Below, in pieces: positions 1 to 9,670 of a stretch of 42,515 nt of DNA. The notes under the pieces are model-generated. The model did no database searches. It saw nothing but the letters and a program-made list of their open reading frames with translations, and had not been told where the DNA came from. The position numbers were made by a program, and so were the translations under genes. Each line of letters begins with the position of its first letter. The first letter of the stretch is position 1. Location: assembly GCA_947487355.1 (NCBI GenBank), contig CANKXC010000001.1:1-42515 (forward strand), written 5' to 3'. This DNA comes from Comamonadaceae bacterium (GTDB lineage Bacteria > Pseudomonadota > Gammaproteobacteria > Burkholderiales > Burkholderiaceae_C).

Positions 1-368
1 ATGTCGATAGTGCCTTGGGCCGCCACCTGACGTGTGACGTATTTCACTTGCAAACTATCAGTGACATCGAGCGGGTAAAGCTCGAGTCGCTTGCCCTCTG
101 ATTCACTTTGCCTTGCCCATTCTGACAATGCGCCCAATTCACGCGCCGAAATAACCACATGCGCTCCGGCCGCTTGAAGTGCTTGCGCGCAGGCCAAACC
201 AATGCCACTGGATGCGCCCACCAGCCAAACCCGTTTGCCACGCCAATCTTGCAACGGCAGGTTGAAAGGCTGGCCAAAACGGCGAGGTTTGTTGACGGCT
301 GTGCTGGGCAGGCCGTCAAGCGTATTTCTGGCCACCAACTCGTTGGCAGGGCTTGCTGGAACGCTCAT
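1..368 (-). CDS. SDR family NAD(P)-dependent oxidoreductase, N-terminal part only (runs off the left edge)
   Basis: Not in the ORF track; translated by hand from ATG at 368 (ATGA overlap with the upstream stop): MSVPASPANELVARNT...DWRGKRVWLVGASSGIGLACAQALQAAGAHVVISAR...LDVTD. GxxxGIG Rossmann motif and DVT motif; frame is open to the window edge. Confidence 0.9.
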   Translation of the reverse strand, partial: MSVPASPANELVARNTLDGLPSTAVNKPRRFGQPFNLPLQDWRGKRVWLVGASSGIGLACAQALQAAGAHVVISARELGALSEWARQSESEGKRLELYPLDVTDSLQVKYVTRQVAAQGTID

Positions 369-970
369 GATTGGCCTTTGACGGTCATGGGTTTGCGGCG
401 CTTGAATGACAAGGTGACTTCACCCAAACGAACACCAAATTTACTCATCACCGCTTTGTTGATCATGACCTCTTCGTCCATCAAGAACATCCAATCGTCA
501 AACTCAACATTCCAAACTCGGCCGTCGACTGGCAAGGCCAAGGTGTACTGCCAGCGAAATGCGTTGCCTTTGACTTCACCTTGCGCCACACCCACCACAT
601 CGTCCGCGCGGCCTTCGTATCGGCCATTGGGCAGGGCTTTTAAGCGCCAGATGCGTTTTTGTTTGGTGCCATCTGAATACACAAAGTCTTCATCCAAGAC
701 GCCTTCATCACCTTGCCATTGACAGTTCATTTCCACTTTGAAGCGCTTGACCACCGCGCCGCTTCTATCGGTAAAAATGCCCCAGGCATCGATCTCGCCA
801 TTGAAATAGGTGCGCAAATCAAGCGCTGGTTTTTGCTGGCTGTAATCGGCTACTTGCGGCCCCGCACAACCCGTCACGCCCAAAGCAACACCGCCAATCA
901 GGCCTGATTTGAGTAGCAAAGGCGTCGTCAAACCCTGTGCCATTTTTTGAAGTGACTGTCGACGGTTCAT
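365..970 (-). CDS. DUF3833 family lipoprotein
   Basis: Lipobox VTGC; family-typical segments LDLRTYFNG, VKRFKV, LDEDFVYSDG, FDDWM, KFGVRLGEV; operon context. Confidence 0.88.
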   Translation of the reverse strand: MNRRQSLQKMAQGLTTPLLLKSGLIGGVALGVTGCAGPQVADYSQQKPALDLRTYFNGEIDAWGIFTDRSGAVVKRFKVEMNCQWQGDEGVLDEDFVYSDGTKQKRIWRLKALPNGRYEGRADDVVGVAQGEVKGNAFRWQYTLALPVDGRVWNVEFDDWMFLMDEEVMINKAVMSKFGVRLGEVTLSFKRRKPMTVKGQS

Positions 971-2304
971 GAAAGACTCCGATTGGAAGCGTTGGAAAAA
1001 TTGGAAGCGTCAGCTTTCGCTGAAGTGCGCCAAAACAAAAATAAAAGCAATGCGGCAAGCAATTTCAAAGCGCATGGGAAGAGGCCGTAGGCGGCACTTA
1101 GCGCCTGCAATCCGTTGGCATCATGGGTGCCTGGTGAATATCCCCACCATGACAACAAAGGCAAACTCAAACCAGCGGCCAAAGCCAAGTTAAATTTGCT
1201 GGCCAAGTTCCACCAACCCAAATACACACCTTCGGCCCGGCCGCGTTGACCCCATCGGTCAATCAGTCCATTCAAGATGGCGCCTGGCACCACCAAGTCT
1301 GCGCCCAGCGCAGTGCCGGATGCAACACAAATGGCAAAGTAGGCCCACTCATCACCCGCGCCCAATTGGCTCACGCCCATGAAACTGAGCACGGCCAAAA
1401 CCATGCCAAACAACCAAGCGCGCGGCAGGTCAAAGCGCTTGATGGCCATCAGCCACAAGGGGAGTGACAAAGCGCCTGACAAAAAATAAGCGCCAAGGAA
1501 CAAGGGTACATGCGATGCACTGACTCGAATTTGATCTTCGACAAAAAACAAGACCAAACTGGCAGGCACGGCACTGGCAATACCGTTCACCACAAAAATC
1601 AGCAGCAGTTTTGTAAATTGTTTTTTCTGAAAAGGCTCGAACAAGCCAAAGACTTGATGCGCTTGAGCATCGGCTTTTGAATTGGCGGCTGTTGAATTGG
1701 AAATTGTTGAGTGATGCGTCCAAGCAAATCGCCAACTGATGACACCCAACAATAACAACACACCCAACACAAGGGCATTGAGCGACCAGCCCAACCACAA
1801 CGGCAACATGGCCGCCAACACCACACCCCAAAGGCCTGCGCCTTCACGCCATGCCAAGACGCGACTTTGCTGCGCCGCTGTGCCGCCCAAACGCGTGACC
1901 CAAGCTTGATGAACAATGCACAGAACGCTGTAGCACAAGTGGCATGCCGTGACACACACAGCCACCCACATGGCATAGGCACTGGAACTTCCCCAAGCAG
2001 GGGGGTTGAACAAGGCAGCAAAGGAAAATGCCAAGATGACAGAAAAAATCAAAGCGGCCACAACAACTGCATGCATTGACTTTGCATACAGCCAATCACT
2101 GAAGCGGCCAATAAAGGGATCGGTCAGGGCATCGATCAAACGCGTGAGCAACAAAACGATGCCCAGCAAACTCAAAGGCACCGCATATTGCGTGGCATAA
2201 AGGTGCGGCACATTGACGTACATGGGCAAGGCCACAAATGCCAAAGGCATTGCAAGCAAGCCATACGCAGCAGCGTGTCGATGCAATATGCCCAAGGCGC
2301 TCAT
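967..2304 (-). CDS. MFS transporter, GPH/MelB-like (MFS_2)
   Basis: About 12 hydrophobic segments; RLIDALTDPFIGRFSD motif. Start placed at the ATG at 2304, which overlaps the upstream stop (ATGA). Confidence 0.85.
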   Translation of the reverse strand: MSALGILHRHAAAYGLLAMPLAFVALPMYVNVPHLYATQYAVPLSLLGIVLLLTRLIDALTDPFIGRFSDWLYAKSMHAVVVAALIFSVILAFSFAALFNPPAWGSSSAYAMWVAVCVTACHLCYSVLCIVHQAWVTRLGGTAAQQSRVLAWREGAGLWGVVLAAMLPLWLGWSLNALVLGVLLLLGVISWRFAWTHHSTISNSTAANSKADAQAHQVFGLFEPFQKKQFTKLLLIFVVNGIASAVPASLVLFFVEDQIRVSASHVPLFLGAYFLSGALSLPLWLMAIKRFDLPRAWLFGMVLAVLSFMGVSQLGAGDEWAYFAICVASGTALGADLVVPGAILNGLIDRWGQRGRAEGVYLGWWNLASKFNLALAAGLSLPLLSWWGYSPGTHDANGLQALSAAYGLFPCALKLLAALLLFLFWRTSAKADASNFSNASNRSLS

Positions 2305-2864
2305 GGCTTGTTCATCCAAGCTTGCCTGAGTTCAGGCGCAGAGGTGGCCTCATGAAGCCAAATGCCAAAAAAGAGTTTGGCAAATTGCGGGTCGGCGATC
2401 AGCCCCACCCGTTTTTGGTTGGTCCAAAATTCAGCGCCTTCGTTTGGCTTGTAAACACCCAAGAGCTTGTCGCCTTTGCCAACCGTTGGAAATATGTCGG
2501 TCATGGCTTTTAACCATTGGGCTTCTTGTTCTGCATTGAATTTGCCAACACGCTTCATTTCTTCAATAGAGCGTTTGGCAATTTCTTTGCCTTCAAATTT
2601 GCGCAAATAGGTGAGTTCCAGTCCAAAGCTTTGCGTGCTGTATTGCTGCACAGAAAACTCAGGGCGCGTCCATAAGCGTGCGTCGTAAATTTCAAAGCCC
2701 CAAATTTTTAGACGCTGCGCCTCGCTGGGCCGCAAGCCCGGCAAGATTTGTTCACTGGCGTGGGCACTAACACCGACAGTCATACTGGCGGTCACACTGG
2801 CCATCAAAACGACAGCCATCAAAATGCGCAGGCCCATGTGTTTAGACGGATTTGAAGTTGGCAT
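2301..2864 (-). CDS. Secreted chalcone-isomerase-like fold protein (Chalcone_3 family)
   Basis: Signal peptide ending AHA; GFEIYDARLW, LELTYLR, FFGIWL..TSAPELR motifs. Start uncertain (2864 or 2837); the ORF-track extension into cfa is probably not real. Confidence 0.8.
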   Translation of the reverse strand: MPTSNPSKHMGLRILMAVVLMASVTASMTVGVSAHASEQILPGLRPSEAQRLKIWGFEIYDARLWTRPEFSVQQYSTQSFGLELTYLRKFEGKEIAKRSIEEMKRVGKFNAEQEAQWLKAMTDIFPTVGKGDKLLGVYKPNEGAEFWTNQKRVGLIADPQFAKLFFGIWLHEATSAPELRQAWMNKP

Positions 2865-2883
2865 TGCGTGTGTGTTGGCCACG

Positions 2884-4107
2884 TTAAGCACGCTTTTGCA
2901 AGGTGAACTGAATGACGTCTGTATTGGACTCGTCAAAAGCAGCTTCGCAATACGCCAAATAAAATTCCCACAAGCGCAAGAATTTTTGATCAAAGCCCAG
3001 CTGCAAAACTTGCGCCTCTTGCGCCATGAAGTCATGGCGCCAGCGTCTCAAAGTTTCTGCATAGTCTGGACCAAACTTGAGTTCGTCAATGACTTCCAGT
3101 CCTGCCAAACGGGCTTGCCGACGAAACTCTTTGGGGCTTGGCAAACAACCCCCTGGAAAGATGTACTGTTGAATGAAGTCGGTTGACTTCACGTACCTGT
3201 CAAAATAGATGTCGTCAATCACAATGCTTTGGATGCACGCCTTGCCGCCTGGCTTAAGCAATTGACTGATTTTTTGGAAATAGGTTGGCCAGTAAGATTG
3301 CCCAACCGCCTCAATCATTTCAATGGAGCAAATCGCGTCATAGGGGCCATCTTGAATGTCACGGTAGTCCTGCAAACGCAAATCGGCATTCTCTGCTTTG
3401 CCGTTCCACTTCATTCGCGCATTGGCAAATGCCAATTGCTCGGTCGACAAGGTCACGCCAGTAACTTTGGCACCAAAATCAACCGTGGCCATTTCGGCCA
3501 ATGCGCCCCAACCACAGCCAATTTCTAAAACTCGGCTGCCCAACTCGACATCGGTCATGCGCAGTGCACGTCTGACTTTGGCCCTTTGTGCCGCCGCCAT
3601 TTCCTGATTGAAGTCACCTTCAAACAAGGCAGACGAGTAGTTCATCGTGCCATCCAACCACAACTCGTAAAAGGCATTGCCCAAGTCATAGTGCGCATGA
3701 ATATTTTTGCGACTGTTGGTTTTGTTGTTGCGATTGAGCAAGTGGCGAATGCGGTACGCCATGCGGCCCCACCATGAGCCATAAATAAGGTCTTCAACTG
3801 CGCGGCGATTTTGAATCATGACGCGAAGCAAGTCGCTCAAAGAGGGCGTGCTCCAATCGCCTGCAATGTAGGTTTCAGCAAAACCAATGTCGCCAGACTT
3901 CATGCTGGCAGAGAAAACTTCCCAGTTTTTCAAACTGATGGCGGCGTGGGGCAACGACGTATTGCCATACACCTTGGTGCTTCTGTCTGGAAACTGAATG
4001 GTCAAAGTGCCGTGTTCAATTTTTTCTAGCAGGCGCAAGACTCTGCGAGCCGCAGCTGGGGCCGATTGAAGGGCCAATTCTGAATGTGATGAAGAGCTTG
4101 TGTTCAT
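2884..4107 (-). CDS. cfa: Cyclopropane-fatty-acyl-phospholipid synthase family SAM methyltransferase (Cfa/UfaM-like)
   Basis: HYDLGN, MNYSSA, VLEIGCGWG, SIEMIEAVG, YIFPGG and YLAYCEAAF motifs. Confidence 0.93.
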   Translation of the reverse strand: MNTSSSSHSELALQSAPAAARRVLRLLEKIEHGTLTIQFPDRSTKVYGNTSLPHAAISLKNWEVFSASMKSGDIGFAETYIAGDWSTPSLSDLLRVMIQNRRAVEDLIYGSWWGRMAYRIRHLLNRNNKTNSRKNIHAHYDLGNAFYELWLDGTMNYSSALFEGDFNQEMAAAQRAKVRRALRMTDVELGSRVLEIGCGWGALAEMATVDFGAKVTGVTLSTEQLAFANARMKWNGKAENADLRLQDYRDIQDGPYDAICSIEMIEAVGQSYWPTYFQKISQLLKPGGKACIQSIVIDDIYFDRYVKSTDFIQQYIFPGGCLPSPKEFRRQARLAGLEVIDELKFGPDYAETLRRWRHDFMAQEAQVLQLGFDQKFLRLWEFYLAYCEAAFDESNTDVIQFTLQKRA

Positions 4108-4943
4108 GTTCCGCTGGATTTTGATGAGGCAATGGAAGGTGTATGACCCCGCGTGACAAGGCTTTCAGGCGGGGTAGGTTTCGTAAAAAATGGCACGCGC
4201 TTGAACCAAAGTTGCAAAGCATGCCAATGAATTCGTGCCATGACGGCAAACGTAAAAAATGGAAAGGACCACAAAGCCCGCTTCAAGGCTTTTGCGTTCG
4301 CAGGCACAAGTGTGCCGCTCATGCTGGTTTCGATCAGTGGGCCGTTTTCGTCAATGTGATCAACGCGCGCAACCAATCGCTCTTGTCCATTTAAGTTGGT
4401 GCGCATAAATCTAAATTGGTAGTGGCCGTTGACTTCACAAAAAGGTGACACATGGAACACCTTGCTGGCCACTTCGGTTTGACCCCACTTGGGAGCGTCT
4501 AACAAATAACTGTGCCGTTCACCAAACGTGTTGTGAACCTCGGCCACGATGGCAGCCAAACTGTTGTCTGCCCGATGGCAATACCAAAAACTAACGGGCT
4601 TGAAGGTGTAACCCAAGACGCGCGGAAAGGTTTGCAACCAAACTTCACCGCTTGCATCTTGAATGCCTTCTTTGTCCAGTATCTCATCTAGCCAAGCCAA
4701 TGCGCCGCCCTGCTCTGGCGAACGGCCATCACCATGGTCTACATCATGAAAGGACAAGAACGCTGGGCGGTTGATCGGCAAGTCTCGCAAGTTTCTTTGG
4801 CTAGGCGCGTTGTCATTTTGTTTTTGAATGCTGCGCATGGGCAACATCAAAAAATACGCGCCATAGTGAAAGGCGTGCACGGCCGGACGGCGGCGTACAT
4901 GCCTAACTTGGCCAAAGCCAATGAGCGCGTCAGCGTGTTTCAC
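4104..4943 (-). CDS. DUF1365 family protein (UfaO-like)
   Basis: H.R..P..H.F.Y, PRVLGYTFKPVSFWYC, EVHNTFGERHSY, KVFHVSPF and IHWHALQLW motifs. GTG start at 4943 overlaps the upstream TGA. Confidence 0.88.
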   Translation of the reverse strand: MKHADALIGFGQVRHVRRRPAVHAFHYGAYFLMLPMRSIQKQNDNAPSQRNLRDLPINRPAFLSFHDVDHGDGRSPEQGGALAWLDEILDKEGIQDASGEVWLQTFPRVLGYTFKPVSFWYCHRADNSLAAIVAEVHNTFGERHSYLLDAPKWGQTEVASKVFHVSPFCEVNGHYQFRFMRTNLNGQERLVARVDHIDENGPLIETSMSGTLVPANAKALKRALWSFPFFTFAVMARIHWHALQLWFKRVPFFTKPTPPESLVTRGHTPSIASSKSSGT

Positions 4944-6235
4944 CGATGCAAGTCCAACAAAATTTGTTTGGCCACATTCAGGCCAGATTTCAGGCCATCT
5001 TCGTGAAAGCCATAGCCCGTCCAAGCACCCGCAAACCAGGTGTGTTGTTGGCCCTGAATTTCGTGAAGGTGTTGCTGTGCATCGATGGCGGCCAAATCAA
5101 ATACCGGATGCGCGTAATCAATGGACTGAATGATCTTGGCGGGGTCAATGGGTTTGGTTGGGTTCAAAGAAACAACCACCGCTTGCTCGTAGGGCAAGGG
5201 CTGTAATTTGTTCAATAGATAGTGCAAGCAAACGCGTGCACTTTCCTGACCTTCTTCGAGGGCACGCTCATAGTTCCAAGCAGCCCATGCCTTGCGTCTT
5301 GAGGGCAAAACATTTTCATCGGTGTGCAGCACTGCCACATTGTCTTGATAGCGAATGGCCGACAAATAGCTTTGTTCTTTTTGGGTGGGGGCTCGCAACA
5401 TGCGCAAGGCCTGATCGGAATGCGTACAAATAACCACCTCATCGAATCGCTCTGCATGATATTTCGTCACGATGCGAACGCCTGACTCATCTCGTTCGAT
5501 CAAGGACACGGGGGTGTTCAATCGCTTGTCGGGCAAATCTTTGATAATTTTCTGAACATAATTTTTAGACCCGCCTTTGACAGTGAACCAGCGCGGCCGG
5601 TTGCTAACCTGAATGAGGCCGTGGTTGTGGCAAAAGCGAATCATGGTTGCCACCGGAAACTTCAACATTTGATCTGTTGGGCAGCTCCAAATGCAGCCCA
5701 TCATGGGCAAAAAATACCAATTCTTGAAAGCCTCGCTAAAGTTGTGCTGCTTCAAAAAGTCTGACAGCGGCTGACGCATTTCGCTTTCTTTTTGCTGCTC
5801 GGCAATTCGCGTGCATGTTTTGTTAAAGCGCAAAACATCGGCCAGCATTTTCAAAAACTTAGGGCGCAGCAGATTGGCTCTTTGAGCAAATACTGTGTCT
5901 AAGTTGCTACCGCTCCACTCCAGTGCCTCATCGCCCCAAACCTTGGGGGCCTGCACAGAAAATGACATGTCTGACAGCGCTGTTTCTACGCCCAAGTCAG
6001 CAAACAATTTGATCAGGTTGGGATAGGTTCTTTCGTTGAAAACCAAAAACCCCGTGTCGACACCATGTGTCACCATGCCTTGAGGTGTGGGCAAGGTGAT
6101 GTCAACTGTATTGGAATGGCCGCCAAAGTAGGCGCCGGCCTCATACAAGGTAATGTCTGCCTGACCCTTCAAACTGTGCGCCACCGCCAAGCCCGATATC
6201 CCCGAGCCAACGACCGCAATTTTTTTGTATGTCAT
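4940..6235 (-). CDS. FAD-dependent oxidoreductase, COG2907/amine-oxidase-like (UfaD-like)
   Basis: IAVVGSGISGL dinucleotide fold, GGHSNT, VDTGFLVFN..TYPN, GAWTGYGFHEDG. Confidence 0.9.
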   Translation of the reverse strand: MTYKKIAVVGSGISGLAVAHSLKGQADITLYEAGAYFGGHSNTVDITLPTPQGMVTHGVDTGFLVFNERTYPNLIKLFADLGVETALSDMSFSVQAPKVWGDEALEWSGSNLDTVFAQRANLLRPKFLKMLADVLRFNKTCTRIAEQQKESEMRQPLSDFLKQHNFSEAFKNWYFLPMMGCIWSCPTDQMLKFPVATMIRFCHNHGLIQVSNRPRWFTVKGGSKNYVQKIIKDLPDKRLNTPVSLIERDESGVRIVTKYHAERFDEVVICTHSDQALRMLRAPTQKEQSYLSAIRYQDNVAVLHTDENVLPSRRKAWAAWNYERALEEGQESARVCLHYLLNKLQPLPYEQAVVVSLNPTKPIDPAKIIQSIDYAHPVFDLAAIDAQQHLHEIQGQQHTWFAGAWTGYGFHEDGLKSGLNVAKQILLDLHR

Positions 6236-6242
6236 GTTGCGA

Positions 6243-6836
6243 TCAGGGCGTCTTCATCGCCAAACTTTTTTCGATAGCTTGAACCAAGCTTTTGCTTTCT
6301 GGGCTGGTCATACTGCCGTAGCTTTCAATGAGCTTGCCATCGCGGCCAATGAGGTATTTGAAAAAATTCCACTTGGGTCTTTGGCCAGGGTCTTGAGCCA
6401 ATTGCTTGAAGAAGGGCACTGCGGCATCGCCGGTCACCGATGTTTTGGTAAACATCGGAAACTTCACACCAAACGTGCTTTCACAGAAATCTGCAATGTC
6501 TTTGTTATTGCTTTTTTCTTGTGCGAAGTCGTTGGAAGGGAAGCCTAAAACCACAAGGCCGCGGTCTTTGTATTTGCTGTAAACACTTTCCAGCCCTTTG
6601 TATTGGGACGTGAATCCACAATAACTGGCGGTGTTCACCACCAAAATCACTTTTCCGCTGTATTGGCACAAAGACTGCGGCTTCTCATCTTGCAGCCTAG
6701 GAAACGTATGGTTTAAAAGCGCTGGACAAGCCGATTGAGCGATAGGGCTCGGTGCTGCCGGAGCGGTTTGCGCCGAAGCATTCAGCAACATGCCCAAGCC
6801 GATGACGCCATAAAAGATAGCCTTGAATTTGAACAT
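6243..6836 (-). CDS. Cys-type glutathione peroxidase family protein with signal peptide
   Basis: VNTASYCGFT (catalytic Cys, TGT codon), GFPSNDF..QE, WNFFKYLI; N-terminal hydrophobic stretch ending ASA. Confidence 0.92.
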   Translation of the reverse strand: MFKFKAIFYGVIGLGMLLNASAQTAPAAPSPIAQSACPALLNHTFPRLQDEKPQSLCQYSGKVILVVNTASYCGFTSQYKGLESVYSKYKDRGLVVLGFPSNDFAQEKSNNKDIADFCESTFGVKFPMFTKTSVTGDAAVPFFKQLAQDPGQRPKWNFFKYLIGRDGKLIESYGSMTSPESKSLVQAIEKSLAMKTP

Positions 6837-6851
6837 TGAACCGCCCGTTCT

Positions 6852-6872
6852 ATTTTATGACTGGACAGTTTA
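6852..6872 (-). promoter_or_regulatory. Putative operator abutting a -10 element (TAAACTGTCCAGTCA-TAAAAT) upstream of the gpx operon
   Basis: ACTG-N2-CAGT dyad followed directly by TAAAAT; 17/21 identical to 39346-39366. Confidence 0.55.
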
Positions 6873-6920
6873 CTTCTAATTTCTCAGCTTGTCACGTGCT
6901 GATTTTGCATCGCCTTTGGT

Positions 6921-9650
6921 CTAAAAAACGGCTCTCCAAAGTGCTAGGATGGCTTGCTTCTCGGGCTCCAAAACCGGCTGATTGACTTGTGTTGGCTCTT
7001 CATTCAGCCTGGCTTTGTGTTGCACACGACGCAATTCGCGATATGCAGAAGCCGCCGACAGACCCACACCGCTTGGCAACAAACCCACCGCTTCTGCCCG
7101 ATGCAACAAGGCAATATTGCCCACGTTGTCTAGCAAAGTTGGGTGGGCACTGGCATACATCAAGACGATAAATTGAACAGCAAACTCAGCGTCTACCATG
7201 CCACCTGAGCTGTGCTTCACATCAAACAAACCCGCTTTGATGGGGTGTGCTGCAAGCACCTTTTTCCGCATACCGACAATTTCATTTTTCAACAAGGCCA
7301 CATCGCGGGGCGCGCTGATGACCGCCCGCCGAACCTCATCAAAACGCTGACGCATGTGCTCGTCGCCCATTACAAAACGCGCCCGCGTCATGGCCTGATG
7401 CTCCCACGTCCATGCTGTATTGCTACCCCGTTGTTGTTGATAGTCGGCGTATGCACTGAAAGTGGTTACCAACAAACCTGAGCTGCCATTGGGCCTGAGG
7501 GCGGTGTCAATTTCAAACAAATCGCCTTCGGCGGTTTTAACTGTGAACCAGTTAATCAGCTTGCGGACAAAGCCCGCATACACCTCTTGTGCACGTTCAT
7601 CGGGGTCTTCAAAGACAAACACAATGTCCAAGTCGCTGCCATAGCCCAACTCTTTGCCGCCCAGTTTGCCGTAGGCAATGATGGCAAATTGAGGGACATC
7701 GCGGTGCCTATTTTTTAAGCAAGACCAACACCACTTGGCTGTTACTTTAAGAATGACGTCCGCCATGGCGCTTAAATCATCGGCCACTTGCTCAACCGTT
7801 AAGTTGCCCTCGACGTCGCGGGCCAAGGTCCGAAAAACTTCGGCATGGTGGGCACGGCGTAGCAAGTTCAACAGAGCTTCCTCGTCGTCTTCGCAGGTTC
7901 GCTTGAGTGCCTCACGCCGGGCCTCTAAGTCGGCCTCAAAGTCGGCCGCCACAAAGCGCAGCCGCAACACATCGCCATGGGCCAACTCGTCAATGACACC
8001 GGGGTGCTGAACCAAATAACGAGCGGGCCACTTGGCGGCACCCAACAAACGGAGCAAGCGCTCGTGAACTGCTGGCCGCTCTAACATCATGGCCAAATAG
8101 CTCTCGCGGCGCATCAAGGGCTCCATCCAATCGGCCATCCTGACCACCGCAATGGGCTCAACCTTGCCTTCTTTGAGCCACTGCGCTGTTCGCTGAAGCA
8201 AGCGCATCAGACGGGTTCGGGCTTCATCGCGCAAACCTTTGACCCTAGGACTTTCTTGCCAATGCGCCAAGCGTTCGCGGGCTTCGCCCTGAAACAAGTC
8301 CAGAACGGCCTCTAACTCTGGTAATTCACCGCCATTGGATTTTTGACAGCCTTTGCAATGCTGATCGCCACCTAACAGGATGTCAAATTCATGCGCAACG
8401 ATCTCTCGATGCGCATCTAAGTCGGTCAATAAATCACAGCTATCCCCATAGCCCATGGTGTGGGCAATCCAATTCAAATCGTGATCTTGAGTCGGCAAGA
8501 CATGGGTTTGCTGATCGTCCAAGTACTGAATTCGATGCTCGACTTTTCTTAAAAAAACATAGGCCTTGGCCAGGCTTTCAGCCGTCTCTGGCGGCATGAG
8601 TCCCGCTTTGGTCAAGCGTTTTAAGGCGTCAAGGGTGGGGCGTGTTCTTAGCTCTGGAAATTGACCACCGCGCACCACTTGAAGCAATTGGACGGTAAAT
8701 TCAATTTCACGAATACCCCCGCGTGAGAGCTTCACATCGTTGGCACGCTCTGGATGGCCGGCACTGCGTTTGGCCGCATGATCTCGAATTTGCTGGTGCA
8801 AAGTTCGCAAAGACTCAAACACGTTGTAGTCTAGGTAGCGCCTGAATACAAAGGGTAAGACCACCGAGCGCAGGGCCATGGCGGACCCATTTTGAATGGC
8901 GGCCTTTGGCGCAATGACTCGGCTTTTCATCCAAGCAAAACGCTCCCACTCTCGCCCTTGGACCAACAAATATTCTTCCAAGGCCCCCAAAGAGACCACA
9001 CTGGGCCCCGAATTGCCGTTGGGCCGAAGGGCTAAATCAATGCGAAAGACAAATCCGTGCTCGGTCGTGTCGCCTACCAAGCTGTAAATGGCCTTCACCG
9101 CGCGCGCAAAATATTCATGGACAGAGATGCGGTGAAGCCCCTCTGCATTGCCAGCCGTTTCACCGTCCTCATCGAAGACATAAATCAAATCAATGTCGCT
9201 AGACACATTCAGCTCTCGGGCGCCCAACTTGCCCATGCCAATGACCCAAAATTGAGCGCGTTGGCCTGCAGGCGTCAGCGGCTCGCCGTGGCGGGCATCC
9301 AGGGTTTCGAAGGCGCTTTGGCACGCTTTATCGAGCGCGAATTCTGCCAATTGGGTAACGCAAAGCGTGACGGTTTCTAGGGCTGCGTCTTGTTCACAGT
9401 CGAGCTTGATCAGCCGATGCATCGTCCATTGACGCAGAACTCGCAAAGCCGCACCCACCTCAAATTGGGCGCGCAGCGTGGTGTAGGCTTGCTCGAGCAC
9501 TTCACGCGTTGGGGTTGCCGGAGGAAGCGATGCAAAGACGTCGGCATAGCGCCGCTCTAGCCTTTGAAAAAAGCGGGAGCCCTCCGAAAGAGGCTTAGGC
9601 AGCCTTGAATCAGTGCGAATACCCGTCTCAAAGGGGTCTATGGCGGTCAT
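6921..9650 (-). CDS. glnE: Bifunctional glutamine synthetase adenylyltransferase/deadenylase
   Basis: Two nucleotidyltransferase domains: GMGKLGARELNVSSDIDL and YGKLGGKELGYGSDLD; DLALRPNG, GREWER, WTWEHQA, GGMVDAEF. Confidence 0.96.
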   Translation of the reverse strand: MTAIDPFETGIRTDSRLPKPLSEGSRFFQRLERRYADVFASLPPATPTREVLEQAYTTLRAQFEVGAALRVLRQWTMHRLIKLDCEQDAALETVTLCVTQLAEFALDKACQSAFETLDARHGEPLTPAGQRAQFWVIGMGKLGARELNVSSDIDLIYVFDEDGETAGNAEGLHRISVHEYFARAVKAIYSLVGDTTEHGFVFRIDLALRPNGNSGPSVVSLGALEEYLLVQGREWERFAWMKSRVIAPKAAIQNGSAMALRSVVLPFVFRRYLDYNVFESLRTLHQQIRDHAAKRSAGHPERANDVKLSRGGIREIEFTVQLLQVVRGGQFPELRTRPTLDALKRLTKAGLMPPETAESLAKAYVFLRKVEHRIQYLDDQQTHVLPTQDHDLNWIAHTMGYGDSCDLLTDLDAHREIVAHEFDILLGGDQHCKGCQKSNGGELPELEAVLDLFQGEARERLAHWQESPRVKGLRDEARTRLMRLLQRTAQWLKEGKVEPIAVVRMADWMEPLMRRESYLAMMLERPAVHERLLRLLGAAKWPARYLVQHPGVIDELAHGDVLRLRFVAADFEADLEARREALKRTCEDDEEALLNLLRRAHHAEVFRTLARDVEGNLTVEQVADDLSAMADVILKVTAKWCWSCLKNRHRDVPQFAIIAYGKLGGKELGYGSDLDIVFVFEDPDERAQEVYAGFVRKLINWFTVKTAEGDLFEIDTALRPNGSSGLLVTTFSAYADYQQQRGSNTAWTWEHQAMTRARFVMGDEHMRQRFDEVRRAVISAPRDVALLKNEIVGMRKKVLAAHPIKAGLFDVKHSSGGMVDAEFAVQFIVLMYASAHPTLLDNVGNIALLHRAEAVGLLPSGVGLSAASAYRELRRVQHKARLNEEPTQVNQPVLEPEKQAILALWRAVF

Positions 9651-9670
9651 AATTCCCTTCCTGAGTCAAT

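Noticed and set aside
2865-3035. Long N-terminal extensions in the ORF track (also DUF1365, mltA, Spy, mnmG, phoD, metallophosphoesterase)
   Set aside because: They overlap neighbouring genes or promoters and lack family similarity; downstream starts have SDs or stop/start overlaps.
6243-6836. Selenocysteine GPx
   Set aside because: The catalytic codon is TGT (Cys) and there is no in-frame TGA.
6837-6920. RpoE-ChrR type promoter (TGATC -35) for the lipid operon
   Set aside because: No TGATC on the minus strand in this gap.
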